A stretch of DNA of 64,000 nucleotides from an uncultured Pseudomonadales bacterium (GTDB taxonomy: Bacteria > Patescibacteriota > Microgenomatia > UBA1400 > PJMF01): assembly GCA_964583795.1 (NCBI GenBank), contig CAZOWX010000003.1:23978-87977 (forward strand). Direction: 5' to 3'. The notes under the pieces were generated by a model. The model was not told the origin of the DNA, did no database searches, and saw nothing but the letters and a program-made list of their open reading frames with translations. The translations under genes and the position numbers were made by a program. Each line of letters opens with the position of its first letter. Positions within the stretch are counted from its first letter, which is position 1. This document shows positions 47,967-58,091 of the stretch, piece after piece.

Positions 47967-50276
47967 CTAGCGCTTTTTCTCGTTTGGTTTCGCACTGAGC
48001 GTTGCTATGGCATCTAGCCTTGCCTTTACAGGAGCATTGTCCGGAGAGATTTTCTCAAGGATGTACTGATACTGAGTTGTTGCGCCACTGTAATCGTGTT
48101 CATTTTCTAACAGTTGTCCCAGAAGGTATCGAGCTGAATCATAGTTTGCTTTCATCTCAATCGCTTTGTATAGGCTTGTCTTTGCAGCTGCCAAATCACC
48201 TTTGGCATTTTCTACTAGACCTTCGTAGTACACCAGCTTGGCATCAGTCGGAGAGAGTTTTTGTGCAACTTGGAGTGTTACCAAGGCATCATCGTACAGT
48301 GAAGCACGCGCTTGGGCGAGGGTAACGAGTACTTGGTTTCTGGATTTGTAAAAATTTAAGTGCACAGGATTGAGGCTAATACTTGCATCACTTGCTTCAA
48401 TTGCTGACTTTGCGAACTGTGAGCCGGATGAGTTGTCACCGCTTTCAAGCAACGCAATGGCATACTGACTAGAAATTTTGCTATACAGTTCGTAGTAGAG
48501 AGCTTCTTTGGGTGAAAGTTCAATTGCTAACTTCATTTTTTTCAAAGCAGTCTCGAAGTCATTGGCAATGTATGCCTGTTTGGCCTGTGAGAAGTAGTGG
48601 TCGGCAAACCAGATAGTAGCGACTTGTATCAGTAAAAAAATTGAGATCATTGTAACGAGACTTATGAGCATCCATTGACCTACTGAGATATTTGGGGAAG
48701 AAAGTGGTGTGTGTTTTGTTTTTTCAGGATTAAAGTATTGACTGATCCATGAGAAAAGTTTTGAGAACTTTGTTTTGGGAGTAATTCCAGTTGCACTGTG
48801 AAATGAAAATATTGACCAATGGATTTCTTTCTCACGTGGGATAAATGCAAGTGCTAGTGCCGGGAGGGTGTACATGAGCAGGCTGACCATAACAGTTGAG
48901 AAGCCAAAAAAGTTGGAAATATGAAGCGAAATGAGACCACCGAAAATTGCTGCACTGAACAGTCTTTGATTGAACTCTTTGGCAAACACTGCCTCTTTGA
49001 ATAAAAACCATCCGATTACTACTTGTAAAGCAAGATATGCCCCAAGTCCAAAAATTCCAGTGGTAGCCAGAAAGTTTAACTCTTCGTTATGGGCTTTGTT
49101 GTATAAAAAATCCCACTCGGAAACGAGGTTGTGCTCCATCGGACGATCTTTATAGTAACTGTAGGCGAAGGTCTCTACCCCTGAGCCAAACAGTGGGTAG
49201 CGCTGCCAAACTGCCAAAGCACCCTTCCAAACGATGCGGCGAATATCTCCAGAGTCAGTTCCACCAATCTCAAGCCGATTAACAACTTGTGTAGGGTTTG
49301 CTTGAGTTGCGAAGTCAGGTGATGATGGGGGTTGGTGTTGCAAAGAGAGTGCTTTAGTAAAGGGAGTTCCAAAGACGACACCGGTGATGATGAGTACTGC
49401 AGTGACAAGTATTGCCCATACTGGACGACTCGATCGAAGTTGGCGCTCTTTGAGATATGACACTCCCGCGAGCAATGCGAAAACGATCCAGCCAAGAGAA
49501 AACCCCAAAAAACCAGAGCGCGATTTCGTAAAAAGTAGAGTGGCGAAGACAACAAAACAAAGAGCTACTCCAACGAGCTTAGCTACAGTCGGTGAGGATT
49601 TGGATGGTTTTTCCCAATGTTGTGTCTGAAATAATGCTAAAGCACTCGTCAGTGGTAACAAGAGGGCAAGATATGCTGCCAACCAATTGGGTTGACCAAA
49701 TGTCCCAAACACCCGAGTTTGGACATCCTGAATCCAACAGTTCGCGTCAAACTCGTGTGTGAGCAGTAAACAGCTTGGAGAATGGCCAAAATGCTCTGGA
49801 AAGGCGTACATGGTACTCAGTGTCACACCGACAAAAACAAAGAAAAGCGAAGAGCGCACGTGTTTGCGTTGAACAAACGTTGCCGTTGCGTAAAACAAGA
49901 TGATGTAGGAAATGGTTGACATCAGTCCACCATGAAACCGGGTATAGTAACCAAATATGGAGGTTCGAGGATGGATAGAGAGCGCGGTTGAAATAAGCTG
50001 AGACAAGAAAAACAGTAGCACGTACCGATCAAATGGAGTTTTTCTCCAGTAGATTTTTTTGTCAACAATGGTTTTAGTAAACCATGCGGCAGTGATGACA
50101 ATCACGCCAAAGTACGTCACGATCATTTTGTTAAACTCAAAAATTTCTTCATTTTTCACTAAAAAAACCAATGGTAAAAAAGCAAACAAGCCAAACAGGG
50201 TGAAGCGAATGAGAGCAGAACATGCTAAAGAGAGTAAGTAGCGATTTTCATGTTGTGACTGCATTCGATACGACAT
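47967..50276 (-). CDS. O-antigen ligase-like membrane protein with C-terminal TPRs
   Basis: GTFGQPNWLA, TKSRSG, PLFGSG and AHNE motifs; TPR tail; start at ATG 50276. Confidence 0.88.
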   Translation of the reverse strand: MSYRMQSQHENRYLLSLACSALIRFTLFGLFAFLPLVFLVKNEEIFEFNKMIVTYFGVIVITAAWFTKTIVDKKIYWRKTPFDRYVLLFFLSQLISTALSIHPRTSIFGYYTRFHGGLMSTISYIILFYATATFVQRKHVRSSLFFVFVGVTLSTMYAFPEHFGHSPSCLLLTHEFDANCWIQDVQTRVFGTFGQPNWLAAYLALLLPLTSALALFQTQHWEKPSKSSPTVAKLVGVALCFVVFATLLFTKSRSGFLGFSLGWIVFALLAGVSYLKERQLRSSRPVWAILVTAVLIITGVVFGTPFTKALSLQHQPPSSPDFATQANPTQVVNRLEIGGTDSGDIRRIVWKGALAVWQRYPLFGSGVETFAYSYYKDRPMEHNLVSEWDFLYNKAHNEELNFLATTGIFGLGAYLALQVVIGWFLFKEAVFAKEFNQRLFSAAIFGGLISLHISNFFGFSTVMVSLLMYTLPALALAFIPREKEIHWSIFSFHSATGITPKTKFSKLFSWISQYFNPEKTKHTPLSSPNISVGQWMLISLVTMISIFLLIQVATIWFADHYFSQAKQAYIANDFETALKKMKLAIELSPKEALYYELYSKISSQYAIALLESGDNSSGSQFAKSAIEASDASISLNPVHLNFYKSRNQVLVTLAQARASLYDDALVTLQVAQKLSPTDAKLVYYEGLVENAKGDLAAAKTSLYKAIEMKANYDSARYLLGQLLENEHDYSGATTQYQYILEKISPDNAPVKARLDAIATLSAKPNEKKR

Positions 50277-50476
50277 GGCGGTTAGTATATAGTATTTTGT
50301 ATATGGTATGTAGAGGGAAGGGATTGGGGAGTGGGGATTATAGATTATGGATATATGGATGGTGGATTGTGGAATGTGCCAGTCCAAGGCTGGTCCGCCT
50401 TGGGCGGAGAGTGTGGATTTAGCGACTAGGGATTAGTGCTTGACTTGATGAGTGTGGGTTGTTGCAATTGATTCTT

Positions 50477-50539
50477 GCGGCTTGCGGCTTGCGGCTTGCG
50501 GCTTGCGGCTTGCGGCTTGCGGCTTGCGGCTTGCGGCTT
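50477..50539 (+). repeat. (GCGGCTT)x9 tandem repeat abutting the mreB -10 box
   Basis: Read directly; TAGAAT at 50541. Confidence 0.95.
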
Positions 50540-50552
50540 GTAGAATGGGGCT

Positions 50553-51638
50553 ATGTTTCGAGATTTTCTGAAGATAAATCATGGGTTAAGCAATGCATTT
50601 TCAAATACAGTTGCTATTGACTTGGGGAGTTATCAAACTCGGTTGATGCTTTCAACGCAAACCCAACCGGTGGTTGTGCCATCGTACTTGGTGCAAAATA
50701 AAGAAGCAGATCGTTTACTGTCGATTGGGCAAACTGCTCTTGAGATAGTTGGTCGCAGTGGAGCAAAGCTTGAAATTATTCGACCAATCAGGGAGGGAAA
50801 CTTTACCGACTATCAGTATGCGAAAGTGTTTCTCGAGCACTGTTTTTCTCTTCTCAAATCGAAAGGACAAAAAAGGGGAGTTTCTTTACCCCAAACGGTC
50901 TATTTTTTTGTTTCATCGCAAATGAATGAGGTTCAGCATCGGGCTTTACTTCGGATTGCTCAAGAAATTGGAATTGCGCATACCCATTTATTAGTGCGAC
51001 CGTTGATTGCAGCCTTGACGAAGCATGCACAGCCCTCTTTACAAGCAATTCAGCCGTTGCAACTGCTTATTGATTGTGGCTATGAATCAACAATTTTTTC
51101 AGTACTTCAGTTTGGAAAAGTATTGCGACATCACCAAGCATGGTATGGAGGAAAGGATTTGACAAAAGCGATGATTCGCTTTTTGAGAACCGCTCATCAT
51201 CTAGAGATTGGTTCACAAGCAGCTGAACGCTTAAAGCAAGAGTGCGCAGCTGTGTTGATAACGACCGATGCACTCAAGCGCAAAGAGTACTTTGTGGTTG
51301 TGCGAGGGCGTGATGTGATGAGTGGGTTACCCAAAACGCATCGACTCAGTGCATTTGAGTTTGAATCGCTATTTGTGCAATTTGTTCAGACGGTGATGGA
51401 TCAACTTGCTTGGGTGATTGATGAATTGGGACCTGAGTTAATGGAAGAACTTATTTTGAAGGGGTTTATGGTGTTTGGAGGAATGGCAATTATTGATCAA
51501 CTAATCAGTACGATTGAGTCTCAGTATGGTACTGTCGTTTTTCGTCCTGCTCAGCCAGATGTGTTATATCATCAGGGTTTTTTGCTGTTTCAACAATTAT
51601 CACACAGCGAGCAGCGTGAGTTTTATTTTTCTTTATGA
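50553..51638 (+). CDS. mreB: divergent MreB-like actin homolog
   Basis: IDLGS, IRPIREG, AERLK, VRGRD..SGLP; first gene of the mre cluster. Confidence 0.8.
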   Translation: MFRDFLKINHGLSNAFSNTVAIDLGSYQTRLMLSTQTQPVVVPSYLVQNKEADRLLSIGQTALEIVGRSGAKLEIIRPIREGNFTDYQYAKVFLEHCFSLLKSKGQKRGVSLPQTVYFFVSSQMNEVQHRALLRIAQEIGIAHTHLLVRPLIAALTKHAQPSLQAIQPLQLLIDCGYESTIFSVLQFGKVLRHHQAWYGGKDLTKAMIRFLRTAHHLEIGSQAAERLKQECAAVLITTDALKRKEYFVVVRGRDVMSGLPKTHRLSAFEFESLFVQFVQTVMDQLAWVIDELGPELMEELILKGFMVFGGMAIIDQLISTIESQYGTVVFRPAQPDVLYHQGFLLFQQLSHSEQREFYFSL

Positions 51639-52438
51639 TAAAAAAAATGAGTGTACAGCAACGATGGGCGGTGGGGGGCATCTACTGCACCATGTTGGTG
51701 CTTGCGTGTGTCGATACATATTCTCACTTACTGTTCATACGCCAGCCATTTTCTTGGGTGCTGCGCCCGATGCTTCGTGCTGAGCGCTTTTTTGAAACCA
51801 GTGTTAGGTTTCCTGTCCATTTTCTTGCGAATGTCATGCGCTCAGAACAAATGATTGCAGATTTGCAGAGTAAAAACATTCAGCTGCAAGTACAGATTGC
51901 TCAAGCAGAGTTTACGAAGCAAGAGAATCTTCGGTTGCTTCAAGAATTGGAAAAAACGACGAAGTTACCCAACACAGATGTGTTTAAAGTGAGTGTGATC
52001 TCACATTTAGTCCATGTTGATGCAATTAGCGTGCTTGATAAAGGAACTGATGACTTAGTGAAACCTGGTGGGTTGGTATTTATTCAAGGAGTTTTATTTG
52101 GCAAAATTAAAGAAGTAGACCAATTTTTTTCACGGGCTATTTTCTTTAACCAAGGGAGTTGGAGTACGGTCGCCCAGACGCAATCGGGGGTTAAAGGAGT
52201 GATTGTTGGGAAAAAAAATCAAGTCCTTTTTACTCAAGTAGCAGCAGGTGAGCACATTGAGGCTGGGGATCAGCTATTTACTGTCGGGTCCTACGTTGAC
52301 TCAGTACCACCTGGATTATTTTTAGGGCAGATTGGTCAGGTGCAAGAACATATTGGAGCACCAGTACAAACAGCTGTTGTTTCCCAACTGGTTGATATTC
52401 AAGCAACCAAACTTGTGACGATTAAAATGCGGGAATAA
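51635..52438 (+). CDS. mreC: rod shape-determining protein MreC
   Basis: TM, coiled coil, LDKG..., PPGL.LG; gene order. Confidence 0.8.
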   Translation: MIKKMSVQQRWAVGGIYCTMLVLACVDTYSHLLFIRQPFSWVLRPMLRAERFFETSVRFPVHFLANVMRSEQMIADLQSKNIQLQVQIAQAEFTKQENLRLLQELEKTTKLPNTDVFKVSVISHLVHVDAISVLDKGTDDLVKPGGLVFIQGVLFGKIKEVDQFFSRAIFFNQGSWSTVAQTQSGVKGVIVGKKNQVLFTQVAAGEHIEAGDQLFTVGSYVDSVPPGLFLGQIGQVQEHIGAPVQTAVVSQLVDIQATKLVTIKMRE

Positions 52439-52673
52439 AGCCAAATACGAGCCAGATAATGATTCCGGCTAAGATTAAAAAGAGCAAAAAGAGGCCTAAA
52501 TTGGATTTAAGATTTTTGTTGCGCTGGTCCGAGCGAACGGTATCGACACTAATAATAATAGTAAAGGCAATGATTCCCCAAATAACGAAACGAACAATGA
52601 CTGACCAGACGCTATCGACAGCAAACAAAGTTTGAAAAAGGGATTTTGCTTGATCAAAAAGTGTTGAGTTCAC
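52422..52673 (-). CDS. small membrane protein
   Basis: Two TMs; TATGCT-6nt-GTG start. Confidence 0.6.
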   Translation of the reverse strand: MNSTLFDQAKSLFQTLFAVDSVWSVIVRFVIWGIIAFTIIISVDTVRSDQRNKNLKSNLGLFLLFLILAGIIIWLVFGFIPAF

Positions 52674-52767
52674 ACATCAAGCATACGAAAGTTTTGTGTG
52701 TTTGACAACTACAGACGAAAAAGAATTAATCGCTTTAAGGCTATTAACCTTGAGCTGAGGTAACACG

Positions 52768-53241
52768 ATGTTGCATACCAATATTTTCAAACTGCTCTCG
52801 CTTATTGTAAGTTACTTCTTATTGATGATTCTGGACGCAAGTTTGGGTGTACACACCATGAGTACGGGATTTTTACTGGCACTGTTGTTATTTACCCCTA
52901 TATCAAGGACTCTATTGTTACTGCTTTTTTTGACTTTGACTCACGACGTACGCTTTGCACTACCTTTGGGGGGAAGTTTTGTGGGTATTGTCCCGTTTTA
53001 CTTTGTGTTGCCATACTTGATCAAAGTTTTGCGCTCACGTTTTGTCGTGTTGCTGTGTTACCTGATCATTGTTTCCCTGATATTTTCATTGACTGAGCTT
53101 GGGGAGTTGATGAGCTTTTCAACTCTGCTTAAAACAGGCCTGAGTGCTTTTGGTTGGGTATTTGTGGTTTATTTGTATGCCCTGCGACGCTATCAGGACT
53201 TTTCATTTAGTACCAAACAAAAACACATCCGTTTTGATTAA
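52768..53241 (+). CDS. MreD-like membrane protein
   Basis: Hydrophobic; lies between mreC and PBP2. Confidence 0.6.
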   Translation: MLHTNIFKLLSLIVSYFLLMILDASLGVHTMSTGFLLALLLFTPISRTLLLLLFLTLTHDVRFALPLGGSFVGIVPFYFVLPYLIKVLRSRFVVLLCYLIIVSLIFSLTELGELMSFSTLLKTGLSAFGWVFVVYLYALRRYQDFSFSTKQKHIRFD

Positions 53242-53246
53242 TCCTT

Positions 53247-54998
53247 ATGAACCTTCATTCACTTGAACAACCAAAGAAGACTCGAGCTTGGTTGATGCCG
53301 TCAGTCAGTGTGGCACTATTTATGTTGTTGGTGGTGCGAGTGGTTGATTTACAAGTTGTCCAGGCTGCCAAACTTCGCTCTGTCGCCGAAAGCAATCGTT
53401 TTTTTCATAAAGTTCTTGGATCTGATCGTGGATTGATCGTGGATCGGTTTGGAATGCCGTTGGTATTCAATAAACCGGTGTATTACCGCTTAAGTTCACC
53501 AAGTCGGTTGTATAGCCAGAGGACTTTAGTTGATGAAAGTGATGCGCTGCAGCTCATTGCCACCGCCAGCAGTAGTGTGTTTATGCAACAGTTTCGAGAA
53601 TATAAGTATCCAGAAAGCTTATCCCAAATTACCGGATATGTGGGATCTGTGACCCGAGAAGATCTCGATAGAGATCCCGATTTGTTGCTCACTCACCAAA
53701 TTGGAAAGGTGGGGTTAGAGAGTACCTATCAATCAATACTACAAGGTGAGGATGGTGAGATGGTGTATGAAACAGATGCGAAAGGAGAAATTATTCGCAC
53801 TGTGAGTGAAAAAGACCCGGTTGCGGGAAAACATATTCAAACAGCTGTAGATGCTGAGTTATCGGAGTATGCGTTTGGACTGCTCAAAGGGAAAAAGGCA
53901 GCGATTTTAGTGGGTAATCCCAACACAGGTGAGTTGTTAACGCTCGTTAGTAGTCCCACGTTTAATGCGAACCAATTTACCATCCCAAGTATGAGCGAAA
54001 CACAGGAGTTAGAAAAACGGACCCTGCTCGCGTCCTATTTTCAAAATCCTGATAAGTTGTTCTTTAATCGAGCGTTGGCTGGTGGTTATCCCCCTGGAAG
54101 TGTGTTTAAAACGGTGACGGCATTGGGTGCTTTGGAAGATGGCGTGATTGATGAGGAGACGAGTGTGGATGATCAGGGAGTGCTAAAAGTAGGTGATTTT
54201 CAGTATGGAAATTGGTATTACCGGCAGTATGGACGGGTAGAAGGTTCAATCCAACTTGTTCGTGCGATTGCCCGAAGCAATGATATTTATTTTTATAAAG
54301 CTGCAGAGTGGTTGGGGCCCGATCGACTGGCGCAAATGGCGAGACTGGTGGGGTTTGGTGCCAAAACAGGCATTGAGCTACCTGCTGAAGCGTTGGGAAT
54401 TGTTCCAGACCCAGAGTGGAAAGAAAAGGCTGTTGGGACAAAGTGGTATTTGGGGGACACGTATCATGTGGGAATTGGTCAGGGAGACTTATTGGTGACG
54501 CCAGCACAGGTTTTTCAAGCGATGACTGTGTTTGCGAATAAAGGAAAACTGTGCGCTCCGACGTTGATCAAAGGAAAGAGTGGCAACTGCAAAGATATTT
54601 CTGTGGACAGTGCACATCTTGATACCATAAATAAAGGTTTGGAGGGGGTTTGTTCAGCTGGCGGGACGGCGTTCTCATTTTTTCCTTGGAATGCTAAAGA
54701 GACACAGAAGGTTTTTTGTAAAACGGGTACCGCTGAGTTTGGGGCAGCTGATGCGAAAGGTCATCGCAAAACGCATGGGTGGTTTATCGGGTTCACTCAT
54801 CTCAATACGCACAGTAGTGACGTGCGATTGGTAGAAAATGGCAGAGTGACAGAGCAAACTGTTTCAGAGCAGTATCCTCAGGATATTTTGATGGTGGTAC
54901 TGGTTGAAAGTGACGAGGACAAGCCATTTAAGGAAGGCTCAGCTGATGCAGCGCCGATTGCGCTGGAGATTTTGAAATGGATTGATGGGCATCGGTAG
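53247..54998 (+). CDS. mrdA: penicillin-binding protein 2 (class B)
   Basis: RGLIVDR, PGSVFK (SxxK), SND, KTGTAE. Confidence 0.93.
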   Translation: MNLHSLEQPKKTRAWLMPSVSVALFMLLVVRVVDLQVVQAAKLRSVAESNRFFHKVLGSDRGLIVDRFGMPLVFNKPVYYRLSSPSRLYSQRTLVDESDALQLIATASSSVFMQQFREYKYPESLSQITGYVGSVTREDLDRDPDLLLTHQIGKVGLESTYQSILQGEDGEMVYETDAKGEIIRTVSEKDPVAGKHIQTAVDAELSEYAFGLLKGKKAAILVGNPNTGELLTLVSSPTFNANQFTIPSMSETQELEKRTLLASYFQNPDKLFFNRALAGGYPPGSVFKTVTALGALEDGVIDEETSVDDQGVLKVGDFQYGNWYYRQYGRVEGSIQLVRAIARSNDIYFYKAAEWLGPDRLAQMARLVGFGAKTGIELPAEALGIVPDPEWKEKAVGTKWYLGDTYHVGIGQGDLLVTPAQVFQAMTVFANKGKLCAPTLIKGKSGNCKDISVDSAHLDTINKGLEGVCSAGGTAFSFFPWNAKETQKVFCKTGTAEFGAADAKGHRKTHGWFIGFTHLNTHSSDVRLVENGRVTEQTVSEQYPQDILMVVLVESDEDKPFKEGSADAAPIALEILKWIDGHR

Positions 54999-55167
54999 GA
55001 TATTTTAGGTGTCAGGTGTCCCTCCTTCGCTGAAGCTGCGGCGGGCGCGGCAGGTGTCAGCAGTTAGCGACTAGCGACTAGGGGTTAGTGGAACAGTGGA
55101 CAGTTAATAGTAGACAGTGATCAGTAGTCAGGATTCAGGGTTTAGGCCTTAGGGAATAGAAATACTT

Positions 55168-55497
55168 GTCATCCCCCGTCTCTTTGGTGGTCAGGCCTGA
55201 TGTCCATCGGGGGATCTAAAGTCAGAGCACTTACTCTAAAGCAAGAAAACTAAAAAGTCGTCATCCCGAATTCGATTCGGGATCTAAAGTCAGAGTTCCC
55301 GATCGAAAGTGCAATACCCATTGTTATCCGGCGAACTCGTGCCCTAAGGGTAAAACAGGATCTATCTCATCGAACAGAAAATGCAACTCAAAAGCAAAAA
55401 AAAAGATCTGTTTCAATTCTCAATAAAAGTACCTATCTGACTTTAGATCCTGAATCCGTCTTGCTCATATCTTCGCTAGACTGTTCAGGATGACGAC
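55168..55497. repeat. cluster of CGTC-type REP-like arms
   Basis: Left arms at 55168, 55257 and ~55323; right arm GACTTTAGATCCTGAATC...TTCAGGATGACGAC. Confidence 0.85.
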
Positions 55498-55792
55498 TTT
55501 TTATTTTCTCTGCTTTCGAGTTAAATTTTCTTACTTTAACGGTTTAGATGTGGTCATTTTTTCAACCTTGATACTTACAATTTAAAAACATGCAATTTTT
55601 ACTGACCAGTAATATCAATTGAAGTGGTAACGTTTGTGTCACTTGCAACCTGCAACTTGCATCTTGTAACCACTACAGAGCTTGCAACTTGTAGCTATTA
55701 AAATCCCTAATCTTGGAATTTTTGACTTGGAATTTGGAATTTGCTTTGAGCAATGTCACTTTCTTGTCAGAATTGATGTGTATGATCAACTC

Positions 55793-56908
55793 ATGATTAC
55801 TGACGAACAACTCGCTTGGGTGGCGCTACAGCAAACGAATGGGATTGGTCCAAAGACTTTTGATCAAGTCATTTCATACTTAGATTCGATGAAGATGGCA
55901 CTGTATGCGTTTTGGCAACTGTCTGAAAAGTCTCTCTTTGAGTTGGAATTGCCGAAAAATTTGCTTCAAGCGATTGTTGAGCAAAAAAAGCAGTTTGATT
56001 TTGACAAACAGCGTCAACAATTTGAGCAAAAAAACGTTCAAATTTTGCTCAAAAACGATCCTCTTTATCCCTCGTTGCTTAAACATATTCCCGATGCACC
56101 AGCAGTCTTGTATGCGTTGGGGGAGTTAAAGGAAACATTCACTTTACCAATTGCGGTGGTAGGAACTCGTCGGATTACGAGCTATGGCAGGATGGTGACG
56201 CGACTTTTGGTCAAACAACTCGTTGAGCATCATTGTGAAATTATTTCTGGCTTTATGTATGGTGTGGATAGCGTCGCACATCAGTCAGCTCTTGACTGCT
56301 CTGGGTACACCGTGGGAGTTTTAGGGTATGGATTTGATCATTGTTATCCGCAAAGTCATAGTAGGTTACGAGAAAACGTATTGAAAGGTGGTGGAGCATT
56401 GTTGTCTGAGTATCATCCGTCACAAATCCCAATTCCGGGGCTGTTTCCGCAACGCAATCGATTAGTGGCGGGTTTGTCAAAAGGAGTGGTGGTGACAGAA
56501 GCAGCAGCAGAGAGTGGTAGCAAAATTACGGCGAAGTGTGCGGTGGAGTATGGTCGCGATGTGTTTGCAGTCTCGGGGCCGATTACATCAAAGTTTGCGA
56601 CTGGAACGAAAGATTTAATCAATTTAGGAGCGAAGTTAGTGATCGATGCGAATGATATTTTGGAAGAGTATCAAAGGTTCTCAAATCAAAACAAAGCTGC
56701 AATAAACATTGAGCAGCTGGTTGAAAAAGTGACACATCCTATTGGAAAAGAAGTATTGGGACTGCTCTTGCAACAACCGCTTTCTGCTGACGATATACAA
56801 CTGGAGCTTTGTTGTGATGCGCATCAATTACTCCAAGCGCTGGGGGAGTTGGAGATGATTGGGGTTGTTACCAATCAATTGGGGCAGTACACACTCAATT
56901 TTAAGTAA
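55793..56908 (+). CDS. dprA: DNA processing protein DprA
   Basis: AVVGTR, SGFMYGVD, FPQRNRLVAGLS. Confidence 0.95.
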   Translation: MITDEQLAWVALQQTNGIGPKTFDQVISYLDSMKMALYAFWQLSEKSLFELELPKNLLQAIVEQKKQFDFDKQRQQFEQKNVQILLKNDPLYPSLLKHIPDAPAVLYALGELKETFTLPIAVVGTRRITSYGRMVTRLLVKQLVEHHCEIISGFMYGVDSVAHQSALDCSGYTVGVLGYGFDHCYPQSHSRLRENVLKGGGALLSEYHPSQIPIPGLFPQRNRLVAGLSKGVVVTEAAAESGSKITAKCAVEYGRDVFAVSGPITSKFATGTKDLINLGAKLVIDANDILEEYQRFSNQNKAAINIEQLVEKVTHPIGKEVLGLLLQQPLSADDIQLELCCDAHQLLQALGELEMIGVVTNQLGQYTLNFK

Positions 56909-56954
56909 TGAGCGGTGTATTTCACTGATGAAATTACGGAAAATACATATAACA

Positions 56955-57033
56955 GTCAGATCTTCGATCTCGAAGTCTTCACTTGGCCCGCCCATGGTGG
57001 ACCAGGTTCATTCTTCGGGTCAAGGATGACGAC
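56955..57033 (-). repeat. REP-like right half element
   Basis: GTCAGATCTTCGA...GGTTCATTCTTCGGGTCAAGGATGACGAC; homologous to 14298-14375. Confidence 0.8.
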
Positions 57034-57034
57034 T

Positions 57035-57895
57035 CTAATTTGAAGGGATATTAATGAAAGGAGTTGATCCATTGCCAACGACCATTGGCAGCTTACCATC
57101 CCATTTTTTGATCGCCTCAAGCTGCAGATACTCATTGGTGAGACTTTGTTTTTGCAAAACTTGAGCTTCAGCCAGCCCTTTGGCTTCAACGACTTTGGCT
57201 TGAGCAGCTTGAGAGGCTTGTTGGACCTCATATTGAGCTTGCTGAACACGCTGCTCAGCGATGACTTTGTCTTCAATGGCTCTGGAGTATTCTGCGGAAA
57301 AATTCACTGAGCGCAAAAGCACCCGGTCAACAGTAATGTTATTGTCACTGAGCAACTCGCGAATTTCCTTGGTCATGGTCTCTTCAGCTTCTTGACGTTT
57401 TTGAGAGTAAATATTGGGAGCACTATAGCGGCTGACAACCATTCTAATCTGGCTTCGGGAAATTGGACGGATGAGCTTGTCGATATAGTTAGTGCCGACT
57501 TTTTGATACAACTCGCCAGCTTTATCAGAATTGATCCGAAATAGCACTGTCGCATCAACTTTGACTGTCTGTCCATCGCTGGTTGGAGCATCAAGTGAGT
57601 CATCCCCAACTACTGCACCTTCATCGGGAACTGCTGTCATGGTGTACTCTTGAAGTCTGGCATCAAACAAAACAACAGTTTGCCAAAATGGAATGACCAC
57701 AGTGATGCCTTCTTTTCTTGATCCAGGAAGCACTCCCTGGCCGCGATCATAAATGACACCAACATACCCAGGAGGGACAAAAGTGACGATTGAGCGGAAT
57801 AAAATAATAGCCAGTACAAAAAAACCAAGAACAGAAAAAAGTTTTTTTGATGGCAGTGCGATTTTGGGTGAGTTGAAGTTTGAAAAGTTTGACAT
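57035..57895 (-). CDS. SPFH/prohibitin family protein
   Basis: VPPGYVGV, TSDGQ, AIEDKVIAEQ, KWDGKLP. Confidence 0.92.
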   Translation of the reverse strand: MSNFSNFNSPKIALPSKKLFSVLGFFVLAIILFRSIVTFVPPGYVGVIYDRGQGVLPGSRKEGITVVIPFWQTVVLFDARLQEYTMTAVPDEGAVVGDDSLDAPTSDGQTVKVDATVLFRINSDKAGELYQKVGTNYIDKLIRPISRSQIRMVVSRYSAPNIYSQKRQEAEETMTKEIRELLSDNNITVDRVLLRSVNFSAEYSRAIEDKVIAEQRVQQAQYEVQQASQAAQAKVVEAKGLAEAQVLQKQSLTNEYLQLEAIKKWDGKLPMVVGNGSTPFINIPSN

Positions 57896-57984
57896 ATATA
57901 CGATGCATGATACCATATTCCCCTCGAGAAATATACAACTGGTACTTGCAGGTAATTTGGAAAAAGGAGAGGATCGTTTAGTTA

Positions 57985-58023
57985 GGTTCTAGGTTCTAGG
58001 TTCTAGGTTCTAGGTTCTAGGTT
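57985..58023 (+). repeat. (GGTTCTA)x5 tandem repeat
   Basis: Read directly. Confidence 0.95.
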
Positions 58024-58091
58024 TTGGACGAGGTTGCGAAACTTGAAGGAAGACACTATTCACTATCAACTATTAACTATCCACTAAACTC

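Noticed and set aside
55682-55792. Upstream extensions of dprA (and likewise of the ORFs called from 6832, 20171 and 50387)
   Set aside because: The extensions translate periodic repeat tracts; a downstream ATG fits the protein family better and in most cases has an adjacent -10 box.
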